Source: Flavobacteriaceae bacterium
GTDB lineage: Bacteria > Bacteroidota > Bacteroidia > Flavobacteriales > Flavobacteriaceae
Direction of reading: 5' to 3'
Length of the DNA stretch: 64,000 nucleotides
Assembly (NCBI GenBank): GCA_036782715.1
Contig: DAIPYN010000001.1
Location: 54,609-118,608, forward strand
Shown here: positions 48,893 to 57,084 of the stretch, piece after piece
How the letters are laid out: the number at the start of each line of letters is the position of its first letter
Position numbering within the stretch: position 1 is the first letter of the stretch
Notes under the pieces: generated by a model
The model's database searches: none
Seen by the model: only the letters and a program-made list of their open reading frames with translations
Told to the model about the DNA's origin: nothing
Position numbers and translations under genes: made by a program

Positions 48893-49537
48893 TTATTCAA
48901 GAATAGATTTGGGTACTCTATCGGGTTGGGCGTAACTGTATCGATCGATAAGTGATACTTTATAATAGGCATCTAGCCCACCAATCGCAGCAGACATTGC
49001 TTTCTCGTGATTTAACCAATGCGCCCCGTCAATACTATCAGAATTTACCCAGAAACGTTCAATGGTTGCTGTGAGTAGTATGCAATCATTTTCAAGTAGA
49101 TGCTCTCTGCTATAAGCACAGAGAAGCTGAATATTACTTTCCTTTACAAAAGGCACAATGCATCCTTCTCGATGAAGGGATTCAATATTGCAATATTCAA
49201 ACTCAGATTGCTGGTCCTCAAATTTTGCTGAGGTATGATGCGCATTAGCAGACATCGTTTCAGTAATCTGATTGATGCTGAAATACTTAATCTCTTTGAT
49301 GTTATTGTAGGTATGACGCTCCACGGTTAGTGGACGAAATATCATACCTAAAAGAGGAGGGTTGCTTCCTAAATGGATTACCGAATTAAAAACGGCGAGA
49401 TTGTCTGTAGAACCGTCTGAGGTGCCAATAAGATTGGCAGATCGCAATCCGCAAAGATTATTAATTAGATGGGCCCGTTCTCGTTTAGGAATCGATTCTA
49501 TTTGCGTCGAATCAAACTCAATCATTTTGTTTAACAT
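48893..49537 (-). CDS. Flavin reductase-like (FMN-binding split-barrel) family protein, tentative
   Basis: ANLIGTSDGSTDNLAVFNSVIHLGSNPPLLGMIFRP aligns with the ...TTDG..G.TASA..SV...PP...... core of COG1853 flavin reductases. Start at ATG 49537 or 49525. The ORF-track start lies inside a terminator hairpin. Confidence 0.6.
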   Translation of the reverse strand: MLNKMIEFDSTQIESIPKRERAHLINNLCGLRSANLIGTSDGSTDNLAVFNSVIHLGSNPPLLGMIFRPLTVERHTYNNIKEIKYFSINQITETMSANAHHTSAKFEDQQSEFEYCNIESLHREGCIVPFVKESNIQLLCAYSREHLLENDCILLTATIERFWVNSDSIDGAHWLNHEKAMSAAIGGLDAYYKVSLIDRYSYAQPDRVPKSILE

Positions 49538-49556
49538 TACTACTGTTGATGTTAAA

Positions 49557-49564
49557 CAAAAATA
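49557..49564 (-). promoter_or_regulatory. Candidate -7 promoter box (TATTTTTG) for the flavin-reductase/photolyase cluster
   Basis: Exact TAnnTTTG on the minus strand, 19 nt upstream of the ATG at 49537 and just downstream of the terminator. Confidence 0.45.
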
Positions 49565-49593
49565 ACTAAAAAAGGCGGTCATTAGACCGCCTT
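49565..49593 (-). terminator. Rho-independent terminator after the COG1579 gene
   Basis: 9-bp stem AAGGCGGTC/GACCGCCTT with a 4-nt loop, followed on the minus strand by TTTTAGTTATTTTT. A second small hairpin lies at 49607..49621. Confidence 0.8.
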
Positions 49594-49632
49594 AGTTATA
49601 TTCTAATCTGCTTCGAGCAGAAGTACGTTTTG

Positions 49633-50415
49633 TTAGCTTAATTTATCGAAAAGAGATTGCATTTTCTCAGTCTCTTCTTCAGCTAAAACAGGATCTACTA
49701 GAATTCTTCCACTGTGTTCGTCAGTGGTGATACGCTTACGTGAAGCGATTTCTACTTGAACCTGAGGAGGAAGCGTAAAGAAAGAACCTCCAGAAGCGCC
49801 TCTGTGAATAGGAACTACTGCCAGACCATTTTTCACTGAACTTCTGATACGCTTGTACGCAGTAAATAGTCGCTCTTCGATGTCTGTTCCGTATTTTTCT
49901 GAAAGTTTGATTAGCTCTTTTTCTTCTTTCTCAGTCTCAGCAAGGATGTTTTGAAGTTCACCTTTCTTGTGCTCTAGGTGCTCTTTTCTTCCGTTCAGCT
50001 TTTCGGTAGTTTGCTCGATACTCTCATTCTTATGCTCAATTTTTACTTTGAATTCACGAATGTGTTTTTCAGCAAGTTGAATTTCTAATTCTTGAAATTC
50101 AATTTCTTTCGTTAATGAATTGAACTCTCTGCTGTTTCGAACGTTTTTCTGTTGTTCGGCGTATTTCTTCATAAGAGCCTTAGCTTCTTCAATCGAATTT
50201 TTCTTCGTTGCGATTTCAGAATTTAAGGTGCTAATGTCTTCTTGAAGTTTTGCAAGTCGAGTGCTTAAACCAGCAACTTCATCTTCAAGGTCTTCAACTT
50301 CCATCGGAAGTTCTCCTCTTAGATTTTTAATTTCATCAATTCTTGAGTCGATAAGTTGCAAATCGTAAAGAGCTCTTAGCTTGTCTTCTACGCTCATTTC
50401 TTTATTCTTCGCCAT
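49633..50415 (-). CDS. COG1579/DUF164 coiled-coil protein (zinc-ribbon family member lacking the cysteines)
   Basis: Long coiled coil, then a C-terminal ...ASGGSFFTLPPQ...DEHSGRILV module. Downstream of a nif3-like gene, which is the conserved pairing. Confidence 0.75.
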   Translation of the reverse strand: MAKNKEMSVEDKLRALYDLQLIDSRIDEIKNLRGELPMEVEDLEDEVAGLSTRLAKLQEDISTLNSEIATKKNSIEEAKALMKKYAEQQKNVRNSREFNSLTKEIEFQELEIQLAEKHIREFKVKIEHKNESIEQTTEKLNGRKEHLEHKKGELQNILAETEKEEKELIKLSEKYGTDIEERLFTAYKRIRSSVKNGLAVVPIHRGASGGSFFTLPPQVQVEIASRKRITTDEHSGRILVDPVLAEEETEKMQSLFDKLS

Positions 50416-51193
50416 ACGGATAGTACCCTACAGGGTTAGTATTTATTTCAGATAAATTGACGGCAAAATTACTAAATTTTTCTTGAAGGTATTTAGCAAT
50501 TGCGTTTTTTGTAAATCGCTCAGATTCAAAGTGTCCGACATCGGCGAGCAGGAGCTCTCCCTGGGGTTTGAAAAAATCGTGATATTTCAAATCTCCTGTA
50601 ACGTATGCATCTGCCTTTTGTCGAAGTGCTTCTTCGATGGCAAATGCGCCACTTCCCCCTAAAACAGCCACCTTGCGAATCATGTTGTTCTTGAATTTAC
50701 TATGTCTAATCACCGGTGTTTTAAAGGTTTCTCTGACTTTTTTCAAAAATGATTCAGAGTCTATGGCTTCTCTTAAAATTCCGATCCGTCCCATTCCGCT
50801 TTTATCGCCATCAGGCAAGAGAAAGGAAACTTCGCTCAGTTTCAACTGAGTTGCCATTAAATCGCTAACGCCTCCGATTACTTTATCTAATGCTGTGTGC
50901 ATCGCATAGATACTAATATTATAGGTGATTGCTTTTTGAATGGCCCGTGATACATAGTCGGTTTGATCGATACGTTTTAACCCATTAAATAGTATTGGGT
51001 GGTAACAAACTACCATTTCACATTTCTTTTGATGAGCTTCTTCGATGACTTCTTCGAGTGCATCATGACAGATAAGGACTCCACTGATGTCTAAGGTTGT
51101 GGATTGATATAGCCAACCAACGTTATCGAAATCTTCGGCGCCTGCTAAAGGAGCCCACATTTCGAGTGCATTTGAAATATCGGTGCGTAGCAT
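50402..51193 (-). CDS. Nif3-like dinuclear metal centre protein (GTP cyclohydrolase 1 type 2 homolog)
   Basis: NIF3 motifs (ICHDALEE, VVCYHPILF, YAMHTALD, ADVGHFESE). ATG at 51193 preferred; 51238 is possible. Confidence 0.85.
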   Translation of the reverse strand: MLRTDISNALEMWAPLAGAEDFDNVGWLYQSTTLDISGVLICHDALEEVIEEAHQKKCEMVVCYHPILFNGLKRIDQTDYVSRAIQKAITYNISIYAMHTALDKVIGGVSDLMATQLKLSEVSFLLPDGDKSGMGRIGILREAIDSESFLKKVRETFKTPVIRHSKFKNNMIRKVAVLGGSGAFAIEEALRQKADAYVTGDLKYHDFFKPQGELLLADVGHFESERFTKNAIAKYLQEKFSNFAVNLSEINTNPVGYYPYGEE

Positions 51194-51232
51194 AGAAAAG
51201 AAATGAGCCACTAATTTATTATAAATTCGCAT

Positions 51233-52234
51233 ATGCATATGTTGAAACTCGCTCTATCCCCATTTTCATGGCTCTATTCGATAGTGGTCTATTTACGGAA
51301 TAAGGCTTTTGATTTAGGGTGGTTCAGTTCTAAGAGGTTTTCGGTTTCAACCGTGGTTGTTGGTAATTTGAGTTTTGGAGGAACCGGTAAAACACCAATG
51401 ATCCTTTGGTTGATAAAGGAGGTTTTCACCTCTAAAAATGCAGTAGTTCTAAGTCGAGGCTATGGCAGAAAATCAGTGGGTTTTAAGTGGGTGAAAAGTG
51501 AATCTATCCCCGAAGAGGTAGGCGACGAGCCCTTGCAAATTTTCAATGCTTTTGACCAGCTCCCTGTTGCCGTTTGCGAGGATAGAAAGCTCGGAATTGA
51601 GCGAATTGTAAGTGACATCTCTCCTGAAATAATTTTGCTCGATGATGCCTTTCAACACCGCAAAGTCAGTGCAAAGGTGAACATCTTACTTACTACTTAT
51701 TTGAATCCGTTTTATAATGATTGTTACTTTCCCAAGGGGAAGTTAAGAGACCATAAGACTCAGGCAAACCGAGCAGATATCATCGTGGTTACCAAATGTC
51801 CGGAGAACCTTACCAAAAAGGAAGCCGAAAGGATTGAAAATCGTATGAATAAGTGGTCTTCAGCCTCAGTCTTTTTTGCCACTTTAAAGTATCCGGCATT
51901 AAATAATGAAACCTTCAATTCACTTAGATCCGCAAAGAATCTATTGATAACCGGAATAGCAGACGCAAGTCCTCTGGAGTCTTATTTGTTAGATCTCGGT
52001 ATCTCTTTTGATCATTTGCGATTTAAGGATCATCATGCCTACCAAGCATCTGATTTTTCAAACCTGAATAGTTATGATCAAATACTTACGACTGCTAAGG
52101 ATAAAGTGAAACTAGAGGCTGTAATTCCCAATCAATTCATTCAAGTAATCGAGGTGGAACATTCGATTTGCTTTGATCAAAAGGATGAGCTTATCCATTT
52201 AGTTCTACGAAAGACGTTTGATGAGATCAATTAG
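51233..52234 (+). CDS. lpxK: Tetraacyldisaccharide 4'-kinase
   Basis: LSPFSWLYSIVVYLRN, P-loop VGNLSFGGTGKTP, LDDAFQH. Start at 51233 or 51239. Confidence 0.9.
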   Translation: MHMLKLALSPFSWLYSIVVYLRNKAFDLGWFSSKRFSVSTVVVGNLSFGGTGKTPMILWLIKEVFTSKNAVVLSRGYGRKSVGFKWVKSESIPEEVGDEPLQIFNAFDQLPVAVCEDRKLGIERIVSDISPEIILLDDAFQHRKVSAKVNILLTTYLNPFYNDCYFPKGKLRDHKTQANRADIIVVTKCPENLTKKEAERIENRMNKWSSASVFFATLKYPALNNETFNSLRSAKNLLITGIADASPLESYLLDLGISFDHLRFKDHHAYQASDFSNLNSYDQILTTAKDKVKLEAVIPNQFIQVIEVEHSICFDQKDELIHLVLRKTFDEIN

Positions 52235-53197
52235 TCGGCTACTGTATCCCGATTCATTATCGTACCAGCCGATGACTTTTACCATTTTTCCGATTACAGA
52301 GGTCATTTCTGAGTCGAATACACAGGAGTGTGTATTTCGAAGAATATCAACAGAAACGATGGGGTCGGTAGTATAGGATAAAATGCCTTTCCATCTAGAT
52401 TCTTTACTTGCGTTTAAAAAGTGCTGATTAATTCTTTCTACACTCACCGATTCCTTCACATTAAAGGTGATATCGGTTAAAGAGCCATTTGATACAGGTA
52501 CGCGTATACCGCAACCTCCCATGGCGTCAGATAGATTAGGAAATATTCTAGTTAGTGCCTTTGCTGCACCAGTAGTCGTTGGAATAATCGAAGCAGGAGC
52601 AGAACGCGCTCTTCTTAAATCTTTGTGATACTTATCGTGTAACGACTGATCTGAGGTAAAGGAGTGAACAGTGGTTACATATGCCTGATCAATGCCACAT
52701 AAATCTTCAATGAGTTGAATCATTGGTGCTGCATTATTCGTGGTACAGGAAGCCCCTGAAAGTATTTTATTAGATAAGTTTACGGTTTGATCATTGACTC
52801 CTAATACCACCATTGGTATGGTATTCTCTTCAGGAACAGCCGCGAGGATTACCCTTTTTGCCCCTGCGTTTAGATGTTTTTCGAGGTGGCTACGATCCTT
52901 AAACTGCCCGGTAGATTCTATGACTACATCAATGTTGTGAGCACCCCAATCGATGTCTTCGATATTTCTCTCATTGAAGAAAGCAATAGGTCTATTATTT
53001 ACTACTAGCTTTTGATTTTCAACCTGAATGTTCTTTTCAAGAATCCCGAAAATACTGTCGTATTTTAATAAATGGGCTGCTGAATCTACACCGCCTAGCT
53101 CGTTAATAGCGACTACTTCTAGGTCTTCACAATCTAAGGAAAGTCTTAGGAATCGTCGACCAATTCGGCCTAAGCCATTAATGGCTACTCTGGTCAT
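52205..53197 (-). CDS. gap: Type I glyceraldehyde-3-phosphate dehydrogenase
   Basis: INGLGRIGR NAD fold, catalytic SCTTN (GASCTTNNAAPM), WYDNE. Confidence 0.95.
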   Translation of the reverse strand: MTRVAINGLGRIGRRFLRLSLDCEDLEVVAINELGGVDSAAHLLKYDSIFGILEKNIQVENQKLVVNNRPIAFFNERNIEDIDWGAHNIDVVIESTGQFKDRSHLEKHLNAGAKRVILAAVPEENTIPMVVLGVNDQTVNLSNKILSGASCTTNNAAPMIQLIEDLCGIDQAYVTTVHSFTSDQSLHDKYHKDLRRARSAPASIIPTTTGAAKALTRIFPNLSDAMGGCGIRVPVSNGSLTDITFNVKESVSVERINQHFLNASKESRWKGILSYTTDPIVSVDILRNTHSCVFDSEMTSVIGKMVKVIGWYDNESGYSSRLIDLIKRLS

Positions 53198-54066
53198 TAG
53201 TTAACGTGCTTATGCGCTTTGTACGAAGAACGAACTAGTGGTCCACTCTCTACATGTCTAAATCCTAATTCAAGACCGTACTCTTCGTATTTCTTAAATT
53301 GTTCTGGGCTAATGAAGTCTTTGACAGGTAAGTGTTTTTTAGAAGGTTGTAAATATTGACCAATGGTTACTACATCCACTTGATTAGCTCTCAGATCACG
53401 AAGAGTTTCGTAAACTTCTTCTTCGGTTTCACCTAGGCCTAGCATGATTCCCGATTTAGTTCTTCTTGCTCCTGCGTTTTTGAGGTAATTCAATACCTCC
53501 ATACTTTTTTCGTATTTCGCTTGAATTCGTACCTCACGGGTTAGACGCTTCACGGTTTCAATATTGTGTGAAATCACCTCTGGGCCTGCCGCGATAATTC
53601 GATCGAGATGTTCGGTGATTCCTTGAAAATCAGGAATAAGGGTCTCTAAGGTGGTAGATGGACTCATTCTTCTTACTGCCCCGATAGTCTCGGCCCATAG
53701 AATAGATCCCATGTCTTTTAAATCATCTCGATCAACTGAGGTGAGCACCGCATGTTTAATTTTCATGATTTTAATAGAACGCGCAACCTTTTCAGGTTCA
53801 GCCCAATCTACTGATTCTGGACGCCCAGTTTTTACCCCACAAAATCCACAGCTTCTTGTACAGATATTACCTAATATCATAAAGGTGGCAGTACCTTCAC
53901 CCCAACATTCACCCATATTTGGGCAACTTCCTGAGGTGCAAATGGTATGCAGGTTGTATGTGTCTACTAAGCCTCTAAGTTGCTTGTATTTCTCTCCAGT
54001 AGGAAGAGTTACTCGCAACCATTTCGGTTTTCCTTTCTTAGTAATTTTTTCAGGGGTAACTTCCAT
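53197..54066 (-). CDS. lipA: Lipoyl synthase
   Basis: Radical-SAM CTRSCGFC (CxxxCxxC) plus the N-terminal CxxxxCxxxxxC cluster (CTSGSCPNMGEC). Confidence 0.95.
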   Translation of the reverse strand: MEVTPEKITKKGKPKWLRVTLPTGEKYKQLRGLVDTYNLHTICTSGSCPNMGECWGEGTATFMILGNICTRSCGFCGVKTGRPESVDWAEPEKVARSIKIMKIKHAVLTSVDRDDLKDMGSILWAETIGAVRRMSPSTTLETLIPDFQGITEHLDRIIAAGPEVISHNIETVKRLTREVRIQAKYEKSMEVLNYLKNAGARRTKSGIMLGLGETEEEVYETLRDLRANQVDVVTIGQYLQPSKKHLPVKDFISPEQFKKYEEYGLELGFRHVESGPLVRSSYKAHKHVN

Positions 54067-54085
54067 TATTTTCTTTTTGACAAAA

Positions 54086-54637
54086 TTAGGAGTTATTCTT
54101 CAAATTATCTGCAAGAGACCTCCTTGCTCTTAGTAATAAAACCTTAATGTTTCCTTCAGATTGATCGAGTCGATTAGCAATTTCAGCAATAGGCAGTTCA
54201 TCGAAATATCGCAGCTGAAGAACGGTCTGGTGCTTAGGTGTTAGTTTCTCAATTCCAGCTTTGAGCTGACGATCCTGAATTTCATCTGCTTCTCTTTCTT
54301 CAAGGGTAGTTGAGTCATCAATAACTTCAGAATTCTCTTCTATAAACGCATCGAAAATTTCACCCTTCTTTCTAGATCTGAGAAGGTCAATGTGTAAGTT
54401 TTTTGAGATGGTGATGAGCCAAGTATTGAATTGAAAATTGGAGTCGTAACGATCTAATTTGTCAAAAGCCTTTGCAAAGGTTTGAATACATAAATCTTCG
54501 GCATCAAAGGGATCTACGTTTCGGCTAAGATGAAAACGATAAACCTGATCCCAATACTCATTAAGGAGTTGATTGAAAGCAAGTTGATTCCCTTGTTTAG
54601 CTTCTAGAATCAGTTGTTGTATTTGATCCTTACCCAA
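54086..54637 (-). CDS. ECF-type RNA polymerase sigma-70 family factor (TTG start)
   Basis: Region 2 (FNQLLNEYWDQVYRF...DAEDLCIQTFAKAF...FNTWLITISKN) and region 4 (LQLRYFDELPIAEIANRL...NIKVLLLRARRSL). The only canonical start is a TTG 6 nt after the upstream stop. Confidence 0.85.
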   Translation of the reverse strand: MGKDQIQQLILEAKQGNQLAFNQLLNEYWDQVYRFHLSRNVDPFDAEDLCIQTFAKAFDKLDRYDSNFQFNTWLITISKNLHIDLLRSRKKGEIFDAFIEENSEVIDDSTTLEEREADEIQDRQLKAGIEKLTPKHQTVLQLRYFDELPIAEIANRLDQSEGNIKVLLLRARRSLADNLKNNS

Positions 54638-54643
54638 ATTAGA

Positions 54644-54841
54644 TTAATTAAGGGCTTCTTTTTTACATTGCTCCGAAGGAGCTTTTCCGCAATAACTGCA
54701 GTTTTCACCCTCTTTATTAAGGAATGGGCTCTGACTCGCACAAGTTCCCGCGAACTCACCATCTTTTTTAGCCCATAGTTTAATCGCGATACCAGCAACT
54801 GCTAGGAGTAAAATGCCGGCGGTTAATAGAACTAATTTCAT
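54644..54841 (-). CDS. Single-TM, four-cysteine membrane microprotein (65 aa); NqrM/DUF539-like architecture, tentative
   Basis: MKLVLLTAGILLLAVAGIAIKLW TM helix, then GTC...NCSYC...EQC. Same reading frame as the downstream ECF sigma gene. Confidence 0.55.
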   Translation of the reverse strand: MKLVLLTAGILLLAVAGIAIKLWAKKDGEFAGTCASQSPFLNKEGENCSYCGKAPSEQCKKEALN

Positions 54842-54845
54842 AGCG

Positions 54846-54853
54846 CAAATTTA
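54846..54853 (-). promoter_or_regulatory. Candidate -7 box (TAAATTTG) only 4 nt upstream of the microprotein ATG
   Basis: Exact TAnnTTTG on the minus strand, within the 20-nt murB-microprotein spacer. Confidence 0.35.
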
Positions 54854-54861
54854 CGAACAAA

Positions 54862-55851
54862 CTAGAGAATAGTTACTTCGGGTTCTAGTCTAATTCTAAA
54901 TTGATCAAATACTTTTTTTTGAATCTGAATAGAGAGATTGGCGATCTCTGTACCAGAGGCATTTCCTTTGTTGACTAGAACCAATGCTTGTTGGTCGTGA
55001 ACTCCTGCATCTCCTTTGAAATAGCCTTTGAATCCGGCTTTTTCGATTAGCCATCCGGCTGCCACCTTGACACCATCAGATGCAGGGTAAAGCGGTAAAT
55101 CGCTGAATTCCCCCTTGAGTTGAAGGGCAAGGTCTTCTTTGATCACCGGATTTTTGAAAAAACTACCAGCGTTTCCTAATTTATTGGGGTCGGGTAGTTT
55201 CGATTTTCTGATTTCAATGACTAATTCTGCAATCTTTTTGGGGGTGGGTTTAATTTCTGGATGGTCCTCAAAATAGTTTTTAAGTGGAGCGTAGGTGATG
55301 TTTAATTCTGCAGCTTTAGATGGGAGTACATAGGATACCGCCCAGATAATAAAACGACTTTTACCTTCGTTCTTGAAAAAGCTATTTCTGTAACCAAACT
55401 GACATTGCTCCTTAGAAAATTGAACCCAAGTTAGATTTGAACAGTCTAATGCAAGGCAGGATTCAAAAAATTGATTTTGTTCTACCCCATATGCACCTAT
55501 ATTTTGAATAGGTGCGGCTCCTACACTACTCGGTATCAATGAAAGATTTTCTAAACCACACAGATCTAGTGAAAGTGTATACTGAACAAGATCATCCCAA
55601 GACTCACCAGCTGCCGCCGTTACTTTTACTAGGTCATTCTCCCAATTTTCGGTAGTAATTCCTTTGTTTGCAATCACGATGACGGGTTGTTCGAGATCCT
55701 TAGTAAATAGGATGTTACTACCCTTTCCTAGAATCAACGCGTTGGGGTACAGCTGTAGAGCTTCTACCAAAGCTTGTTTACTTTCAACAGTGATTAGGAG
55801 AGGAGTTTTTACAGATACTCCAAAAGTGTTGTACGGTTTTAGGTCGATCAC
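54862..55851 (-). CDS. murB: UDP-N-acetylenolpyruvoylglucosamine reductase
   Basis: FAD-binding start (LKPYNTFGV...ILGKGSNILF), AGWLIE, GNAGSFFKNP; GTG start. Confidence 0.92.
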   Translation of the reverse strand: MIDLKPYNTFGVSVKTPLLITVESKQALVEALQLYPNALILGKGSNILFTKDLEQPVIVIANKGITTENWENDLVKVTAAAGESWDDLVQYTLSLDLCGLENLSLIPSSVGAAPIQNIGAYGVEQNQFFESCLALDCSNLTWVQFSKEQCQFGYRNSFFKNEGKSRFIIWAVSYVLPSKAAELNITYAPLKNYFEDHPEIKPTPKKIAELVIEIRKSKLPDPNKLGNAGSFFKNPVIKEDLALQLKGEFSDLPLYPASDGVKVAAGWLIEKAGFKGYFKGDAGVHDQQALVLVNKGNASGTEIANLSIQIQKKVFDQFRIRLEPEVTIL

Positions 55852-55858
55852 TTTATAT

Positions 55859-57058
55859 TTAAACGTTGGTTTTTTTATAGGAGTTTAAGGCAATTTCTAA
55901 TAATCGAATAGCTCTTTTGAGTGATTCTATCTCTAATACATAGGCGATGCGCACTTGATTAATTCCTTGTCCTTTTGTGGCATAAAAACCGGCTGCAGGG
56001 GCGAGCATGACCGTTTCACCTTCAAATTCAAAATGTTCTAAAAGCCATTGTGAAAAATGTTCTGCATCTGACACCGGTAGCTCTGCAATTAAATAGAATG
56101 CCCCTTGAGGATCAGACACTCGAATCCCATCGATTGCTGATAATCCTTCTTTCAGTACAAGCCTTCTATTGTTGTATTCCGTATTGACCTCTTTTAAATA
56201 GGATGGAGGAGTTTCTAAAGCCGCTTCACTTGCAATTTGGGCTAATGTCGGAGGAGAAAGTCGAGCTTGCGCAAATTTCATAATGCAAGACCGAACTTCT
56301 TTGTTTTTTGTCACCACGTAGCCAATTCGTGCTCCGCACATACTGTAACGTTTAGAAACAGAATCTACTACAACAACGTGCTCTTGCATGCCTTCGAGAA
56401 GAAGCGCCGAATGAAATTGATTTTCACCGTAGACAAATTCTCTATAAACTTCGTCAACAATCAAAAATAAGTCGTGTTTTTTGCACAGGTCAGCTAGAAA
56501 TTCAAGCTCTTCTAGCGTATATACATAGCCCGTTGGATTTGACGGGTTACATATTAGAATCGCCTTGGTACGCTTATTGATTTTGGATTCAAATGCCTCA
56601 CGATTGGGTAGGGCAAAGTTATTGTCGATGGATGCAGTGACTGACTTTACAACTAAATTATTTGCAGCTGCAAATCCGTTATAATTCGCATAAAAGGGTT
56701 CTGGGATAATAATTTCATCTTCGGCGTCTAATAGACTTGCCATAACAAAAGACAGTGCCTCAGAACCCCCGGTAGTAATAATTAAATCGTCTGCTGTAAC
56801 ATTTGCACCAAAACTGTTATAGTAGGTTGCAACTTTAGATCTGTGCTCATCACTCCCTTCAGTTCGACTGTATGCAAGGGTGTCTAAACTTAAATTCTTT
56901 ATCGCATGAATAGCACTATCTGGTGTCTTTATATCGGGTTGTCCGATATTTAGATGAAGTACATGAATACCTCTATTCTTAGCTGATTGAGCGAAAGGAA
57001 CGAGTTTGCGAATAGGGGATTGCGGCATCGCACTTCCCTTAGCAGATATCTTAGGCAT
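55859..57058 (-). CDS. PLP-dependent class I/II aminotransferase
   Basis: SPIRKL, NIGQPD, CNPSNPTG, lysine context SVSKRYSMCGARIGY. Confidence 0.88.
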   Translation of the reverse strand: MPKISAKGSAMPQSPIRKLVPFAQSAKNRGIHVLHLNIGQPDIKTPDSAIHAIKNLSLDTLAYSRTEGSDEHRSKVATYYNSFGANVTADDLIITTGGSEALSFVMASLLDAEDEIIIPEPFYANYNGFAAANNLVVKSVTASIDNNFALPNREAFESKINKRTKAILICNPSNPTGYVYTLEELEFLADLCKKHDLFLIVDEVYREFVYGENQFHSALLLEGMQEHVVVVDSVSKRYSMCGARIGYVVTKNKEVRSCIMKFAQARLSPPTLAQIASEAALETPPSYLKEVNTEYNNRRLVLKEGLSAIDGIRVSDPQGAFYLIAELPVSDAEHFSQWLLEHFEFEGETVMLAPAAGFYATKGQGINQVRIAYVLEIESLKRAIRLLEIALNSYKKTNV

Positions 57059-57084
57059 ACGGTTTTGGTAGTAAAGGTACCAAA

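Noticed and set aside
49538-49582. Upstream extension of the flavin-reductase-like ORF.
   Set aside because: Its start codon lies inside the terminator hairpin of the upstream gene, and the extension contains the candidate -7 box.
53651-54133. 160-aa ORF on the plus strand.
   Set aside because: It lies antisense within lipA, which has strong radical-SAM motifs, and within the spacer and 3' end of the ECF sigma gene. The translation has no recognisable motifs. It is a typical shadow ORF.
54638-54646. The in-frame TAA between the microprotein and the ECF sigma read as a nonsense mutation in a former fusion gene (a pseudogene).
   Set aside because: Both parts look complete on their own: TM plus Cys module, and sigma regions 2-4 with a start 6 nt after the stop. 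I kept it as a finding (coupling or read-through) rather than calling a pseudogene.
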